A stretch of 64,000 nucleotides of DNA from a virus (taxonomy: Duplodnaviria > Caudoviricetes), in IMG/VR virus record IMGVR_UViG_3300013947_000035, positions 14,009-78,008 of that record; one strand, 5' to 3'. Within the stretch, counting starts at the first letter, position 1, and the number at the start of each line of letters is the position of its first letter. The notes beneath the pieces were generated by a model. That model searched no databases, had not been told where the DNA came from, and was given only the letters and a program-made list of their open reading frames with translations. A program made the position numbers and the translations under genes. Positions 1 through 10,028 of this stretch are shown piece after piece.

Positions 1-191
1 CCCTAATTTTTGGTTTACCACAACTATACTTTTGGCTTAATATCACTATACCTTACCGCTCGTTTTTCGGTTTAATATCACTATACAACAAGTTTAGAAT
101 TACTATACTTTCGCCGTTTCACTCCGACTCCGAATCCGTCTCTGGTCTTGGTCTGACCTCATCCCCACATAAACTATTTACCCTACCGCCC

Positions 192-220
192 TTGACACCG
201 CTTTGTTACTGTGTTATACT
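192..220 (+). promoter_or_regulatory. sigmaA-type promoter for the portal operon
   Basis: TTGACA(192-197)-17 bp-TATACT(215-220), with TG just upstream of the -10. Confidence 0.75.
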
Positions 221-252
221 TTCTTTATTATTATAAAGGAGGCGTTTTTTAT

Positions 253-834
253 ATGCTTTTGGATGCGCTCAATAGGGAAATGGCGGCGTCCACAGAAACA
301 GACACCTTCTACGCGCGCATGTTGGTCAGAACAGACGAAAATCTTGTCCTTGATTACTGCAATCCGATGTATAATAAAGACTATTTAGAGATAACTGCAG
401 GCAAATTTTTGCTGATGTACAGACCAAGAAATGACCGTCCGAAATATCAAGGAAAACCGTACGTATTGGTAATGCCGACGGGCATTACGGTGCGAAGACG
501 GTATGTAGATTGGGCAGATTTTTGTTCCGAATGCGAGCGCGAACCGCAGTTGAGATGGCTAAAGAAGTGGAGCAATTTGAATGAACAGTTTTTTGCGATG
601 GCTAAGCGAAATATTGGGTTGCTATTCCCGATTCTGATACATCTTTTGGAATACGAACAACATTTACAAGAAGTATATCGAGAGCGATTCGGAGAAGACC
701 CAGGCGAGAAAGCGTTGTTGTGTTCGCCTTATGAAGGCGAGGCAAGCGCCATTGTCGAAGACAACTATAATAATCAGTTATACCAAAACAATAAAGAAAC
801 AAAGTTATCCAAAAATAAAAAAGGAGACAAATAA
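253..834 (+). CDS. hypothetical phage protein upstream of portal
   Basis: ORF 211..834; AAGGAGG RBS favours ATG at 253; abuts portal start. Confidence 0.7.
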   Translation: MLLDALNREMAASTETDTFYARMLVRTDENLVLDYCNPMYNKDYLEITAGKFLLMYRPRNDRPKYQGKPYVLVMPTGITVRRRYVDWADFCSECEREPQLRWLKKWSNLNEQFFAMAKRNIGLLFPILIHLLEYEQHLQEVYRERFGEDPGEKALLCSPYEGEASAIVEDNYNNQLYQNNKETKLSKNKKGDK

Positions 835-2517
835 ATGACGATATTAGAATGGCTGCGCGCGCGCGTACGTAACGTAGCGGGTTCGGTCGTAAAAACGAAG
901 CGACCCGACGATGAGCGAATGACGTTCATTAACGATAACGAAGCTATGGGGCGAATGAAGCTGAAAGAGTACGACGTGTGGTACGACGGCGACGGCGACG
1001 AGTTATTGAACTTTTACACAAGGCAGAACTATATCGGCTTCAATTACGAACCGTTTTATGCCCGCAACAAGAAGAATTATTTTTGGGCGATATCGAGTAC
1101 AGAAGCGCAGATAAAGCGAACGCATAGCGGACAGCCGCGAAACATAGTCGATACGTTGGTGAACATAATGCCGTTTCCTTTGGTGTCGTGTTCGGAATCG
1201 GACAAGTTGAAAGCGGTGATAACCGAGAGCGGATTGGAACAAGTATATAAAGACGAACAGTTGCCGCTGACGTTGGTCGAGGGCTGGGGCTGTTGGAAGA
1301 TAAATTGGGACAAAGACATAAGCGACTATCCGAGCGTCGAGTATGTATCGGCAGAGAACGTCGACTTCATATATAAGAACGGGAAAGTGATAGGGATTGT
1401 GTTCAAGAACTATTACACAAGCGAGAAGAAACGATACGTGCTGATGGAAACGAGGAGTATCGAATGGAAGCCGAAAGACGAAACTCTCACGCGCGCGCGT
1501 ACGCATGCGTACAATATATATAATGGCGGGGGTGAAGGAGAGAGAGTGTTGGTAATCACGAACGAATTGTTCGAATTGCCTGCGAACATGTCAACGGACG
1601 ATAATACGCCGCTGAAGAAAGTCGAGTTAGGAACTGTTTCAGCGCTGGCAGACGTCGAAGAAAGAATCGAAATCGGACCGTTTGATAAGTTGTTCGCCGT
1701 TCCTTGCATATTGTTAGGTAATACGAGCAAGCAGTGGGGTTATGGACGAAGCATATTCACAGGGAAAGTTGACTTGTTTGACGATTTGGACCAAGCGTTG
1801 TCACAGTCGTCGAATGCGGTAAGGTTGTCGACGCCGATAGAATACATAGACGAAGAATATCTTGACCGCGATAAGAACGGGTTGCCGAAGAAGCCACAAT
1901 CATATGACAGAAAGTACGTTATGATGAAAGGACAGAGGAACGGAGACGGAACGACGACAGGACAGCCCGTACAAGTGACACAGCCGAGTGTAGATTTTTC
2001 TCGATATAGCGACCACGCGATACAGATATTGTTGCAGATACTGAACGGCATATTGTCACCCGCGACGTTGGGAATCGACATAGCAAAGAAAGACAATGCC
2101 GCCGCCCAGCGTGAGAAAGAAAAGGTGACGATATTCACACGAAACGCGTTGATAAGCGGCGAAGAACGGATACTGCGTTCGCTTATGGAACAGTTGCTGA
2201 TGGCGAAAGAGTTTATGGATACGGGAGCGGTAAGTGTTCATTCGTATGACATCTCGGTAAAGTTCAACGAGTTTGCGGACGACAGCTTCGAGAACAAGTT
2301 GGAAGCGTTGGGGAAAGCATACGATATGGAAGAAATATCGACGGATATGTATCTGAACAAGTTGTATGGCGACACATTGAGCGACGAAGAACGGGCGGCG
2401 GAAAAAGAGTTTTTGGAATCGGCTCGTCAAGCGCGAACGGAAGCGTACTCGAACGCAGACGGCGGCGGGGCGAATACACAAGGGATGATAGACAACATCT
2501 TCGACAGAAAGAGGTGA
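835..2517 (+). CDS. portal protein (SPP1/A118-like)
   Basis: 560 aa; YGRSIF, DDLDQALS, ILNGILSPATLG and AAQREKEKVTIFTR resemble Firmicutes-phage portal motifs. Confidence 0.85.
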   Translation: MTILEWLRARVRNVAGSVVKTKRPDDERMTFINDNEAMGRMKLKEYDVWYDGDGDELLNFYTRQNYIGFNYEPFYARNKKNYFWAISSTEAQIKRTHSGQPRNIVDTLVNIMPFPLVSCSESDKLKAVITESGLEQVYKDEQLPLTLVEGWGCWKINWDKDISDYPSVEYVSAENVDFIYKNGKVIGIVFKNYYTSEKKRYVLMETRSIEWKPKDETLTRARTHAYNIYNGGGEGERVLVITNELFELPANMSTDDNTPLKKVELGTVSALADVEERIEIGPFDKLFAVPCILLGNTSKQWGYGRSIFTGKVDLFDDLDQALSQSSNAVRLSTPIEYIDEEYLDRDKNGLPKKPQSYDRKYVMMKGQRNGDGTTTGQPVQVTQPSVDFSRYSDHAIQILLQILNGILSPATLGIDIAKKDNAAAQREKEKVTIFTRNALISGEERILRSLMEQLLMAKEFMDTGAVSVHSYDISVKFNEFADDSFENKLEALGKAYDMEEISTDMYLNKLYGDTLSDEERAAEKEFLESARQARTEAYSNADGGGANTQGMIDNIFDRKR

Positions 2518-2534
2518 AAAGAAAGGCGAAAAAG

Positions 2535-2564
2535 AAAAGGTTGCGCTTGCAACCTTTTTCTTTT
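2535..2564. terminator. bidirectional intrinsic terminator
   Basis: AAAAGGTTGC-GCTT-GCAACCTTTT hairpin flanked by A and T tracts, right after the portal stop. Confidence 0.8.
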
Positions 2565-3122
2565 GCCGTCTTTCCTTTTACCATATTCATTACCGTGCTG
2601 GGGTTCGGGTCGGATAGGGAGTACCGTGCTAATGCGGGGATAAGAAAAGAAGGAAGCACAACGGCTTCCTTCTTATATATTTGCGGCGGGCGGGTGGGTG
2701 ATTGATGAGTTTAGAAGGGATACCGCTCGCCGCGATATTGGGGTGCAAAAGGAGTGCAAAAAGGCGATAAGGAAATACGAAGTATCACCGACAGCTGTTT
2801 TGTGGGGGATGGGGTACGGCTGGGTGTCAGCGTCGCCTAAATCCCTATCGCGATTTTGTAAGATAATTATAGCATAAACGGCGGCGGCTGTAAAGGGGGT
2901 TAGAGCAAAAATTTACGTCTACAAAATATCTACAAATGTATATTTATGCAGTATTTATGTATAATTATACATTAAGTACCGTGCCATATTCACCCCTATA
3001 CCGTGCTCGAATATATACCCGAAAAGGCGCGATTCCGATACCGTGCTAACATCATAAAAGAAAACAGCCGCCCTCGTGGACGACCGTTTTCCCTTTTAGG
3101 AGATATGCCAATGAATGAGCAA

Positions 3123-3308
3123 TCAGATGAATACGACGCGCGCCATTCCGTTCTCGCGATAGAACAGGACCTCGCCCGTTTCCGCGTCGATAATGTCAAC
3201 GACAGCGGGGTCGGATATGAGCGCGTAATAGATTGATTTCGTGTGTTCGATGTACCCGTCGCGATTCTTGAATCGGACCAGGATATTGTTGCTTTTGTTA
3301 GTAGCCAT
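3123..3308 (-). CDS. small early hypothetical protein
   Basis: 61 aa; AAAGGAGG RBS; own promoter. Confidence 0.75.
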   Translation of the reverse strand: MATNKSNNILVRFKNRDGYIEHTKSIYYALISDPAVVDIIDAETGEVLFYRENGMARVVFI

Positions 3309-3556
3309 AATGCCGCCAACCTCCTTTCGTATCTTTATTATACCATAATTATACCACGCAAGCCCGACGCTGTAAAGGGGGTTAGCGAAAATAATTGAGA
3401 TAAAAATCGGCTATCTATGGGGTATTTTATTACCGTGCTATATATACAGCAAGTTACGAGCAAGTACGATTTCGGTATTCTAACCGTGCTAATTTGGCAA
3501 AAAGAAAAGCGACGGCAAGTAATCGTGCCGCCGCCGTTCTCGTTTCGCGATTGCCT

Positions 3557-3829
3557 TCATCTCAGACTATTCGCGAGTTCGAAGCCTCTTGCGTGTCCGC
3601 AGTAGAAAATGTCGAGAAGTGTTTGCCACATTTCGTACGCGCTTCTGAAGTCGTTCGCGTTTCCGACGAATGTCGCTTCGGGGTTGTCGTCGGTATCGGT
3701 TTCATACTTCGTCAGGGTAAAGTAGAACGTTTCTGTGCCGTCGCCTGCCTTCTTCATTTCAAGAACGTTTCTGTGCCCCTTTAAGAGTCCGAGGTCTTTT
3801 GCTGCAATGATTTCATTTGGTTTGAACAT
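3557..3829 (-). CDS. early hypothetical protein
   Basis: 90 aa; AAGGAG RBS; own promoter and terminator. Confidence 0.8.
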   Translation of the reverse strand: MFKPNEIIAAKDLGLLKGHRNVLEMKKAGDGTETFYFTLTKYETDTDDNPEATFVGNANDFRSAYEMWQTLLDIFYCGHARGFELANSLR

Positions 3830-4058
3830 AGTGATGTTCTCCTTTGGTTTGATTTTGTACTCTCATTATATCATAATATCAAGCCGTTGTAAAGAGGGTT
3901 AGCAAAAATATTTCATACAATTTTTATACATTTTTTATACATATATGCACCGTGCAAAATATGCACATTGCTTCGGGCGCGATATAGTACCGTGCTATGT
4001 TTTTGGATATGGAAAAGCGACAGATTCAATTCTGTCGCTCTCTCGTCATATGAAATCC

Positions 4059-4346
4059 TTAATACGGCAATCCATAACCGCAAAGCAATGTTTGAGCGTT
4101 TGCGATTTGCTCAATATGCTCAATAAAGTTTCTTGAAATAGCAAAATCAACGGGGATTCTTGCGCTTCCGATATGCGTATTCCAGTCGAAATCCGCTTTG
4201 GAATTGACTTTCACACAAGCAGTGAAAACGTTTTTGTTGACTTCGATATAAACGGTTTTGCGTCCGACTTTGGCTTCAAAACGAGTTCTGCCAGAATCAA
4301 GTCCGTCGATATACAGTTGACCATAATTGAAATTGTGTTGCTTCAT
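4059..4346 (-). CDS. early hypothetical protein
   Basis: 95 aa; AAAGGA RBS; consensus promoter at 4382-4410. Confidence 0.8.
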   Translation of the reverse strand: MKQHNFNYGQLYIDGLDSGRTRFEAKVGRKTVYIEVNKNVFTACVKVNSKADFDWNTHIGSARIPVDFAISRNFIEHIEQIANAQTLLCGYGLPY

Positions 4347-4535
4347 AAAAAGTATATCCTTTTGTTTCTTTTGATACTCTTATTATACTACAACAACAAA
4401 TCGTTGTCAATAGATTTATAAAAAGAAAATTCGGAATTTTCGAATTATCTTATACCGCTACCGTGCTACTATGCCGTATCCGCCACGAGAGCGGATACGG
4501 AAAGCGACGGATTCTTGTTCCGCCGCCTTTTGATT

Positions 4536-4865
4536 TTAGTCTTTCCACGAGATTGAAGCAAAATCGATACTGCCGTCGCTGTTTAGTATCCGATAGACTT
4601 CTGCGTGTTCTCTGATGTCCGCGATTTGTTCCGCGATAATCTCGTTCACGCGTTCGAGTCCGATTTTGTCCTCGTACTCTTCGATATATGCTTCGTACTT
4701 ATATGAGTCTTTTCCGAGGTCGGATTCGTCGCCGTACGCGATAATTGAGTTTATCATTTGTCGCAGATACATTTCGTCCCTCAATCTGTATATTTCGGGG
4801 GTGCGCTCGTGTTTTGGCAAGCGAAAGGTCGATTTTAATTTTTCTTGAATTTGTTTGTCTGTCAT
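4536..4865 (-). CDS. early hypothetical protein
   Basis: 109 aa; GAGGTGG RBS. Confidence 0.8.
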   Translation of the reverse strand: MTDKQIQEKLKSTFRLPKHERTPEIYRLRDEMYLRQMINSIIAYGDESDLGKDSYKYEAYIEEYEDKIGLERVNEIIAEQIADIREHAEVYRILNSDGSIDFASISWKD

Positions 4866-4880
4866 AATACCACCTCTCTT

Positions 4881-5345
4881 TTATACAGATAGAACGTGAT
4901 ATGTTCCGAATTTTGCATAGAAAAAGTTCGTTTGCGTTATAATAAACTCTTTCAGTTCTTCTTCGGACATATTTCGCAATGTTTCGGCATCTTCTTTGCT
5001 GAATGCGTCACTGCTTGCAAGTTCTTCTATAAGGTCATATATGTTTTTGCTTGCCTTGCAATAATCGAATCCGATACAATCGAAAACTTCGTCGATGGTC
5101 TTGCATTTTTTGATAACGTCGATAACGTATTTTTCAAAGTCGTCGTCATCGAATACGTCTTTGTCGATATAGTCAACGTATATGCCGTTTACCCATATAA
5201 AGCAACCATATTCGTCAAGCGGTCTTAAAACTTTATTATAACTGTTTCTGCCTTGTTTTACAAGATAATTGAATTCGTTTTCGGTGTTGTCTTGCGGTTC
5301 GCTGATAACGACATCGAGGTCGTCGCTGATTTTAATTTGTTTCAT
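4881..5345 (-). CDS. acidic early hypothetical protein
   Basis: ORF 4881..5432; AAGGAG RBS favours start at 5345 (MKQIKISDD); upstream extension overlaps the promoter. Confidence 0.8.
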   Translation of the reverse strand: MKQIKISDDLDVVISEPQDNTENEFNYLVKQGRNSYNKVLRPLDEYGCFIWVNGIYVDYIDKDVFDDDDFEKYVIDVIKKCKTIDEVFDCIGFDYCKASKNIYDLIEELASSDAFSKEDAETLRNMSEEELKEFIITQTNFFYAKFGTYHVLSV

Positions 5346-5518
5346 AATCGTATCTCCTTTTGTTTCGGGGTTATCCCCTTTGATTGTCTTCATTATATCA
5401 TAATAGAAAACGCTTGTCAATAGGTTTATCAAAATTGTTTCGCAGATTTTCTCGGATAATATGTTACCGTGCTAAAAGGGTATAAGAAAAGAACGGCTTG
5501 CCGTCGCCGTTCTCGTTC

Positions 5519-5974
5519 TTAGTCTTCATATTCTTCGACTACTTGATTTTCAAATCCCCACTTACCAAAATACAAATTGTCTGCTCGTGGGGCTACAACT
5601 CGATTGTCCTCGTCGAGCATTGATTCCCATTCTGCGTACATATTCCAAATTGAAAACGCTCTCGATACATATCTTTGTCCTTTGCTGTTCGTATCATACA
5701 ATCCAACACAAACGGAAGCGGGGCAGATTGCTCTATCTTTGCCGTACTTGTTCTTAATCCAGCGTACGCAACGTCCAAACTCGATTCTGCAGCTGTCGCC
5801 AACGATGTCGTTGAATTCTTTGTTGATTTTCGCAAGCGTTTTTTCACCGCATTTCTTGCCGTCGTATTTCTTCAATACAAACTCGATAATAGGCGCAAGC
5901 TTGTGGAAGGTCGTCAAGTAAATAAGCGGGACTTCTTGGGTGCCATAGGATGCTGTGATTTCGTTCTTAATCAT
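5519..5974 (-). CDS. early hypothetical protein
   Basis: 151 aa; AAGGAG RBS; own promoter. Confidence 0.8.
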   Translation of the reverse strand: MIKNEITASYGTQEVPLIYLTTFHKLAPIIEFVLKKYDGKKCGEKTLAKINKEFNDIVGDSCRIEFGRCVRWIKNKYGKDRAICPASVCVGLYDTNSKGQRYVSRAFSIWNMYAEWESMLDEDNRVVAPRADNLYFGKWGFENQVVEEYED

Positions 5975-6175
5975 AATGGTTATCTCCTTTTGTTACGAGG
6001 TTTTCTTAACCTCTTTACATTTACAATTATAATACAATATCAAATGTTTGTCAATGGATTTTTATAAAGTTTTCAAAAAAATCGAGATTGTTTCGTCGTC
6101 GTTTCGTCGTCGTTTCGTCACCGTGCTATATGCGGCAGAGAAAACGGCGGGAGTTTTGTCCCGCCGCCGCCGTTC

Positions 6176-6415
6176 TCAAAATATTGCACCTGTCGCAAAC
6201 TTGTATGCGAGGTCTTCGATTTCGATTTCGTTATCGCCCACGTTCACAAACTCGTCAAAGCACCTGATGGCTTTCTGATGGTTGTGCCCAAAGCGTTCTA
6301 TCCATTCGCCCGTTCTCGGGGAATAACGCGTTACGATTGCGTTGCCGTTCTTGATGTCGACTTCGTACCTTACGTTGACTTTGGTTGCTTCGTCATAGCT
6401 TACTTTGATTATCAT
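6176..6415 (-). CDS. early hypothetical protein
   Basis: 79 aa; AGGAGG RBS; second gene of a two-gene cassette. Confidence 0.75.
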   Translation of the reverse strand: MIIKVSYDEATKVNVRYEVDIKNGNAIVTRYSPRTGEWIERFGHNHQKAIRCFDEFVNVGDNEIEIEDLAYKFATGAIF

Positions 6416-6418
6416 TGC

Positions 6419-6802
6419 TTACGCCTCCTTTGCGGTAATATTTACTGTCGCTACCCAACACACACTTCTAAACATAGCGTCGAGGTTGAGGCGGGGCTTG
6501 TTGATGTTCTTACGCACCCATTCGTACCATACCGATTTCGGCGTTTCGGTGTGCATTCTATAAAGCTTCGAGTCAAAGAATTCGTCGAGGTCTTCAAGAT
6601 TGCGCTTCAATTCGCCAATCTTGCGCCCGCTACGATTTGTCTTTTTAAGCTCTTTTGCGAGGTCGTAAGAAAAGTTGTAAAGGTCTTTGACGGATTGCAT
6701 TAGAATTGCGCCGTAAAGCGTCTCAGCGGCTTTGTCGTCTACGATATAGCTGCCGAAGCTTTGGTCGTCTTGTTCGATTGCTTGCGTTGTGATGTCTTTC
6801 AT
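6419..6802 (-). CDS. early hypothetical protein
   Basis: 127 aa; AAGGAG RBS; promoter at 6857-6885. Confidence 0.8.
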   Translation of the reverse strand: MKDITTQAIEQDDQSFGSYIVDDKAAETLYGAILMQSVKDLYNFSYDLAKELKKTNRSGRKIGELKRNLEDLDEFFDSKLYRMHTETPKSVWYEWVRKNINKPRLNLDAMFRSVCWVATVNITAKEA

Positions 6803-6988
6803 AAGTTATATCTCCTTCCGATTTCGGGCTTCGTTCGTTCCCTTATCTTCCCCTCCATTGTAATACCATACAAAATAATTGTCAAGCGATTTTTACAAAG
6901 TTTTTTTGCGATTTTGAAAATTTCTTTTTCGGCGGCGGGACAGTGATATTAATAGCACGGTGGCAGGATGAAAAGAAAAGCGGATGGC

Positions 6989-7381
6989 TTATACCTCCGC
7001 TTTCTCGTCTTCGTCTTCCTCGTCGTCAAGGATTTCTCTTATTTCGCTTCTTCCGAAGTCCTCGTCGTATTCAACTGCGTATTCGGCGATTTCACAAGCG
7101 AACCATCCGTCTGCATTGTCGGGGAAGTCGCTCGATACGACGTTGCCGTAACCATTGAACCAGAACCACATATGGTACGGATTGTAGTCACCGAACGCAA
7201 CCATATTCGCAATTTCGCTGGGCGTTTTCCCCGTCATAAGTTCGTCGAAGTCGTCTGTTGAATAGATATATTTCTCACCATTCACACTCTCTTGATATGC
7301 GTTGTTGACGTCTACGAGTTCGTTGTCGCTGAGTTCGTCGAGGATTGCTTCAATTGCTTTCATTTTTGTTTCTTGTGTCAT
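6989..7381 (-). CDS. highly acidic early protein (DNA-mimic candidate)
   Basis: 130 aa, about 35 D/E vs 7 K/R; contains F-x-F-N-G-Y-G-N motif seen in phage hypothetical proteins. Confidence 0.8.
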   Translation of the reverse strand: MTQETKMKAIEAILDELSDNELVDVNNAYQESVNGEKYIYSTDDFDELMTGKTPSEIANMVAFGDYNPYHMWFWFNGYGNVVSSDFPDNADGWFACEIAEYAVEYDEDFGRSEIREILDDEEDEDEKAEV

Positions 7382-7553
7382 AATAATAACTCCTTTTGTT
7401 TCGGTTGCTGTTTCTCAACCTCTTTACACTTAGGATTATATCACCATAGCAAACCGTTGTCAAGGGGTTTAGTAAAAATATTTTAGATTTTTTGAAAATT
7501 ATTCCGAAGCCACTAAACGCGATTTAAGCACGGTTACGGTTAAATTCGATAAC

Positions 7554-8003
7554 TTATTCGGAATCGATGCCAAAACCGCCTTGCTGTCGCTTACATTCGT
7601 TTCCCGAGTATGTTCCGATGATTGACAAGAACTCTTTCGTATAATTCGCTACGATTGTCTTCACTGCGTCTCTGTAAATTTCTTCAAGGTCAAGCATATT
7701 GCAAGAATGAGCAAGGTAAACGCAAATCATATTCCAAATCACCGCACCCGTAAACAGCACACCAAAAAAAACAGCGAATACGATTCCGCCAATGCGTTCG
7801 CCTTTGATAAAAAACAATGCCGATATACCTGCGACTACAAGCATAAACACGAGCCACTCTATCCAAACTCTAACGATGACTTTTCTACGTTGCTTTTTCA
7901 TACCGTGCTGGATTATGTCGTATTTGATTGCAGCTGCCGCCAATTCGTCTTTGAACTTCTGCGTTGCGATTCTGCATAAAATATCTTTTGCTGTCGTTTC
8001 CAT
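7554..8003 (-). CDS. two-TM membrane protein, near-leaderless
   Basis: Two hydrophobic segments (IEWLVFMLVVAGISALFF; IGGIVFAVFFGVLFTGAVIW); ATG 9 nt after the -10 box. Confidence 0.75.
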   Translation of the reverse strand: METTAKDILCRIATQKFKDELAAAAIKYDIIQHGMKKQRRKVIVRVWIEWLVFMLVVAGISALFFIKGERIGGIVFAVFFGVLFTGAVIWNMICVYLAHSCNMLDLEEIYRDAVKTIVANYTKEFLSIIGTYSGNECKRQQGGFGIDSE

Positions 8004-8108
8004 AGTGCTGATATTATACCACAAAGCCGCCGCCTTGTAAATAGGGTTAGCACGGTAACTTATATAAAAAAAGAACGGCTCGTCGCCGTTCTCGTTTTTT
8101 TGTTGTTA

Positions 8109-8357
8109 TTATTCAAGCGATATTGTTCTGATTTCGATTTCAATGGTTTCGTCATTGAATCCTTCTTCTGCCGTCCAATAAAAATACCTGTCGTTATTGT
8201 CTTCGATAACGCCGCTGTTGCCGCAACCATAATCGTTGATATACGTCTTTTTCATCGTTTCAAAAAACGCTTTCGCTTTCTCTTCCGTCGTAAATGCGTT
8301 TATGGTTGTGTTGCTTGTTCCGTCCGTTTCTGTTATCACTATGGCGTAAATGTCCAT
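8109..8357 (-). CDS. acidic early hypothetical protein
   Basis: 82 aa; AAGGAG RBS; own promoter. Confidence 0.8.
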   Translation of the reverse strand: MDIYAIVITETDGTSNTTINAFTTEEKAKAFFETMKKTYINDYGCGNSGVIEDNNDRYFYWTAEEGFNDETIEIEIRTISLE

Positions 8358-8533
8358 TGTTATTTCTCCTTTTGTTTCGGGGACTCTTGTTCCCCTTTGA
8401 ACAATTATATATTACCATAATATCAAATCATTGTCAAGCATATTTTGAAAATATTTTAGAATTTCTCAAAAACTTTTTGCCGCTCTCGATTCATAGCACG
8501 GCTGATAGGCAAAAAGAAAAGCGGCGACTTTCG

Positions 8534-9064
8534 TCAACCGCCTATCGATATGAGATTGTCAAGCCAAACGGTGATAAGTGTCGGCGCACCCGATTTCGAT
8601 TGCTTGCCAACCACTTTCTCGATGTCGTCTTTGTTGGTGAACTCCGCACCATTCACAAACCATTTCGATTTCGTCTTCGTTGCCGTTTTGCTGTTGAACA
8701 ACTTCACCTTGTACTTAATCTCGCCCTCTTTCTCGTTCTTGATAAGCAAGTTTTCGTAACCGCTCAATGGTGTGTCATATGCGCTCGTTCTCGATGGTGT
8801 GTCCTTATCCGCCGCCACAACTCTTGTGAGATAGTCCGATGTGTGTCTATAATCGATTCCAAGCCTTGCCACGCACTCGCTATACTTCTCAACCATTGTT
8901 GCCCCGTTCTCTTTCTCGTATCCTTTCAAAGCCCTTTTCTCGCTCTTGTACGCAACCTTAACATATGCGCCTTTCTTGATTTCGTTGCTATCAAACATCG
9001 ATTTAATGGTGTTCAATCTCTCGTCTGCGGTCATTCCGTCAAAAACAACTTTTTTCATAATCAT
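8534..9064 (-). CDS. basic early hypothetical protein
   Basis: 176 aa, Lys-rich; AAGAGG RBS; own promoter. Confidence 0.8.
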   Translation of the reverse strand: MIMKKVVFDGMTADERLNTIKSMFDSNEIKKGAYVKVAYKSEKRALKGYEKENGATMVEKYSECVARLGIDYRHTSDYLTRVVAADKDTPSRTSAYDTPLSGYENLLIKNEKEGEIKYKVKLFNSKTATKTKSKWFVNGAEFTNKDDIEKVVGKQSKSGAPTLITVWLDNLISIGG

Positions 9065-9260
9065 ACCTCTTTTGTTTTATTCCGTTGTCGGTCTTTCAAC
9101 CTCTAACACTTACGATTATAATACCATAACAAATAAATGTCAAGCATATTTCGCAATTATTTTAGACAATTTCATTTTTACCCCTACTGATGGGTAAAAT
9201 CGATTCATAGCACGGCTACTATTATAAAAAGAAGAACGGCTTGCTACCGTTCCTCTTATA

Positions 9261-9587
9261 TCAATCTGTTGTTCTCAAATAGTATTTTATATCTTCGCCT
9301 TTGAGATTGTTCATACACCATTCGTCAATGCGTTCCCATAGTTCGTTATAAACTCTTGCCAGTTTTTCGTTTCTTTCGTAGTGTTCCCAAATCTTCCAGT
9401 TCGTTGCCATTGACAATTCGGTCACATACACAACATTGTCTTTCCAGCTCTCGAACGCTCTCTCGAACGTTTCTTTTACCGCTTCGATACCAAATCTTTC
9501 CGCTATCGAAAAGTCCATATAAAAAGTCGTTTGCGGTTTGTAGCCTGTCATTTCTTCGATGTTCCAGTTCTTAAAAGCTTGTAGCAT
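9261..9587 (-). CDS. conserved phage hypothetical protein (TTFYxDFSIA...NWKIWEHY type)
   Basis: AAGGAG RBS favours start at 9587; motif recalled from gut-phage proteins of unknown function. Confidence 0.8.
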   Translation of the reverse strand: MLQAFKNWNIEEMTGYKPQTTFYMDFSIAERFGIEAVKETFERAFESWKDNVVYVTELSMATNWKIWEHYERNEKLARVYNELWERIDEWCMNNLKGEDIKYYLRTTD

Positions 9588-10028
9588 AATTTTAACTCCT
9601 TTCGTTTCGAGGTTCTTATGTCCTCTTTGATTGTTTTTATTATAACATAGTATCAAGTCGTTGTCAATAGATTTTGATAAAATATTTTTACAATTTCATT
9701 TTTGTGTCCTGCCGATACAAGCACGGTTGCCGCCACTGTATCCGCCGCCGAACAAAGAAAGAGGACGGTCACCTTTCGATGCCGTCCTGCCTTTCGTTGA
9801 CTTGTTGATTCCAGCGGTCTGACTCGCTGCGGATGGGTGTCAACTGTCCTCGCCTGTCCATTGAGTCGTAACAATTTCTTTCTTTTTCCCTTTGCTACGT
9901 CTATATATTATCACAACAACCAACCATTGTCAAGCGGATTAACAAAGTTTTTAATTTATTTTAATTCTTTTTAATTCGTTTTAATTTTTGGCTCGTTTTT
10001 AAGAAAATACTCTCTTTTGAATCTCACA

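Noticed and set aside
20-110. Short repeats TAATATCACTATAC (x2) and ACTATACT at the window start
   Set aside because: Too few and degenerate, and the upstream context is cut off.
1003-2659. Minus-strand ORFs within the portal gene (1003..1506, 1740..2138, 2056..2481 and others)
   Set aside because: Antisense shadows of a well-supported gene, with no RBS or family motifs. The same applies to most antisense ORFs across the structural and replication regions.
2996-3319. ORFs 2996..3319 (-) and 3003..3236 (+)
   Set aside because: They overlap the RBS- and promoter-supported 3123..3308 gene and its terminator, and lack their own RBS.
8294-9106. 270-aa plus-strand ORF
   Set aside because: Antisense to 8534..9064, crosses promoter and terminator, no RBS.
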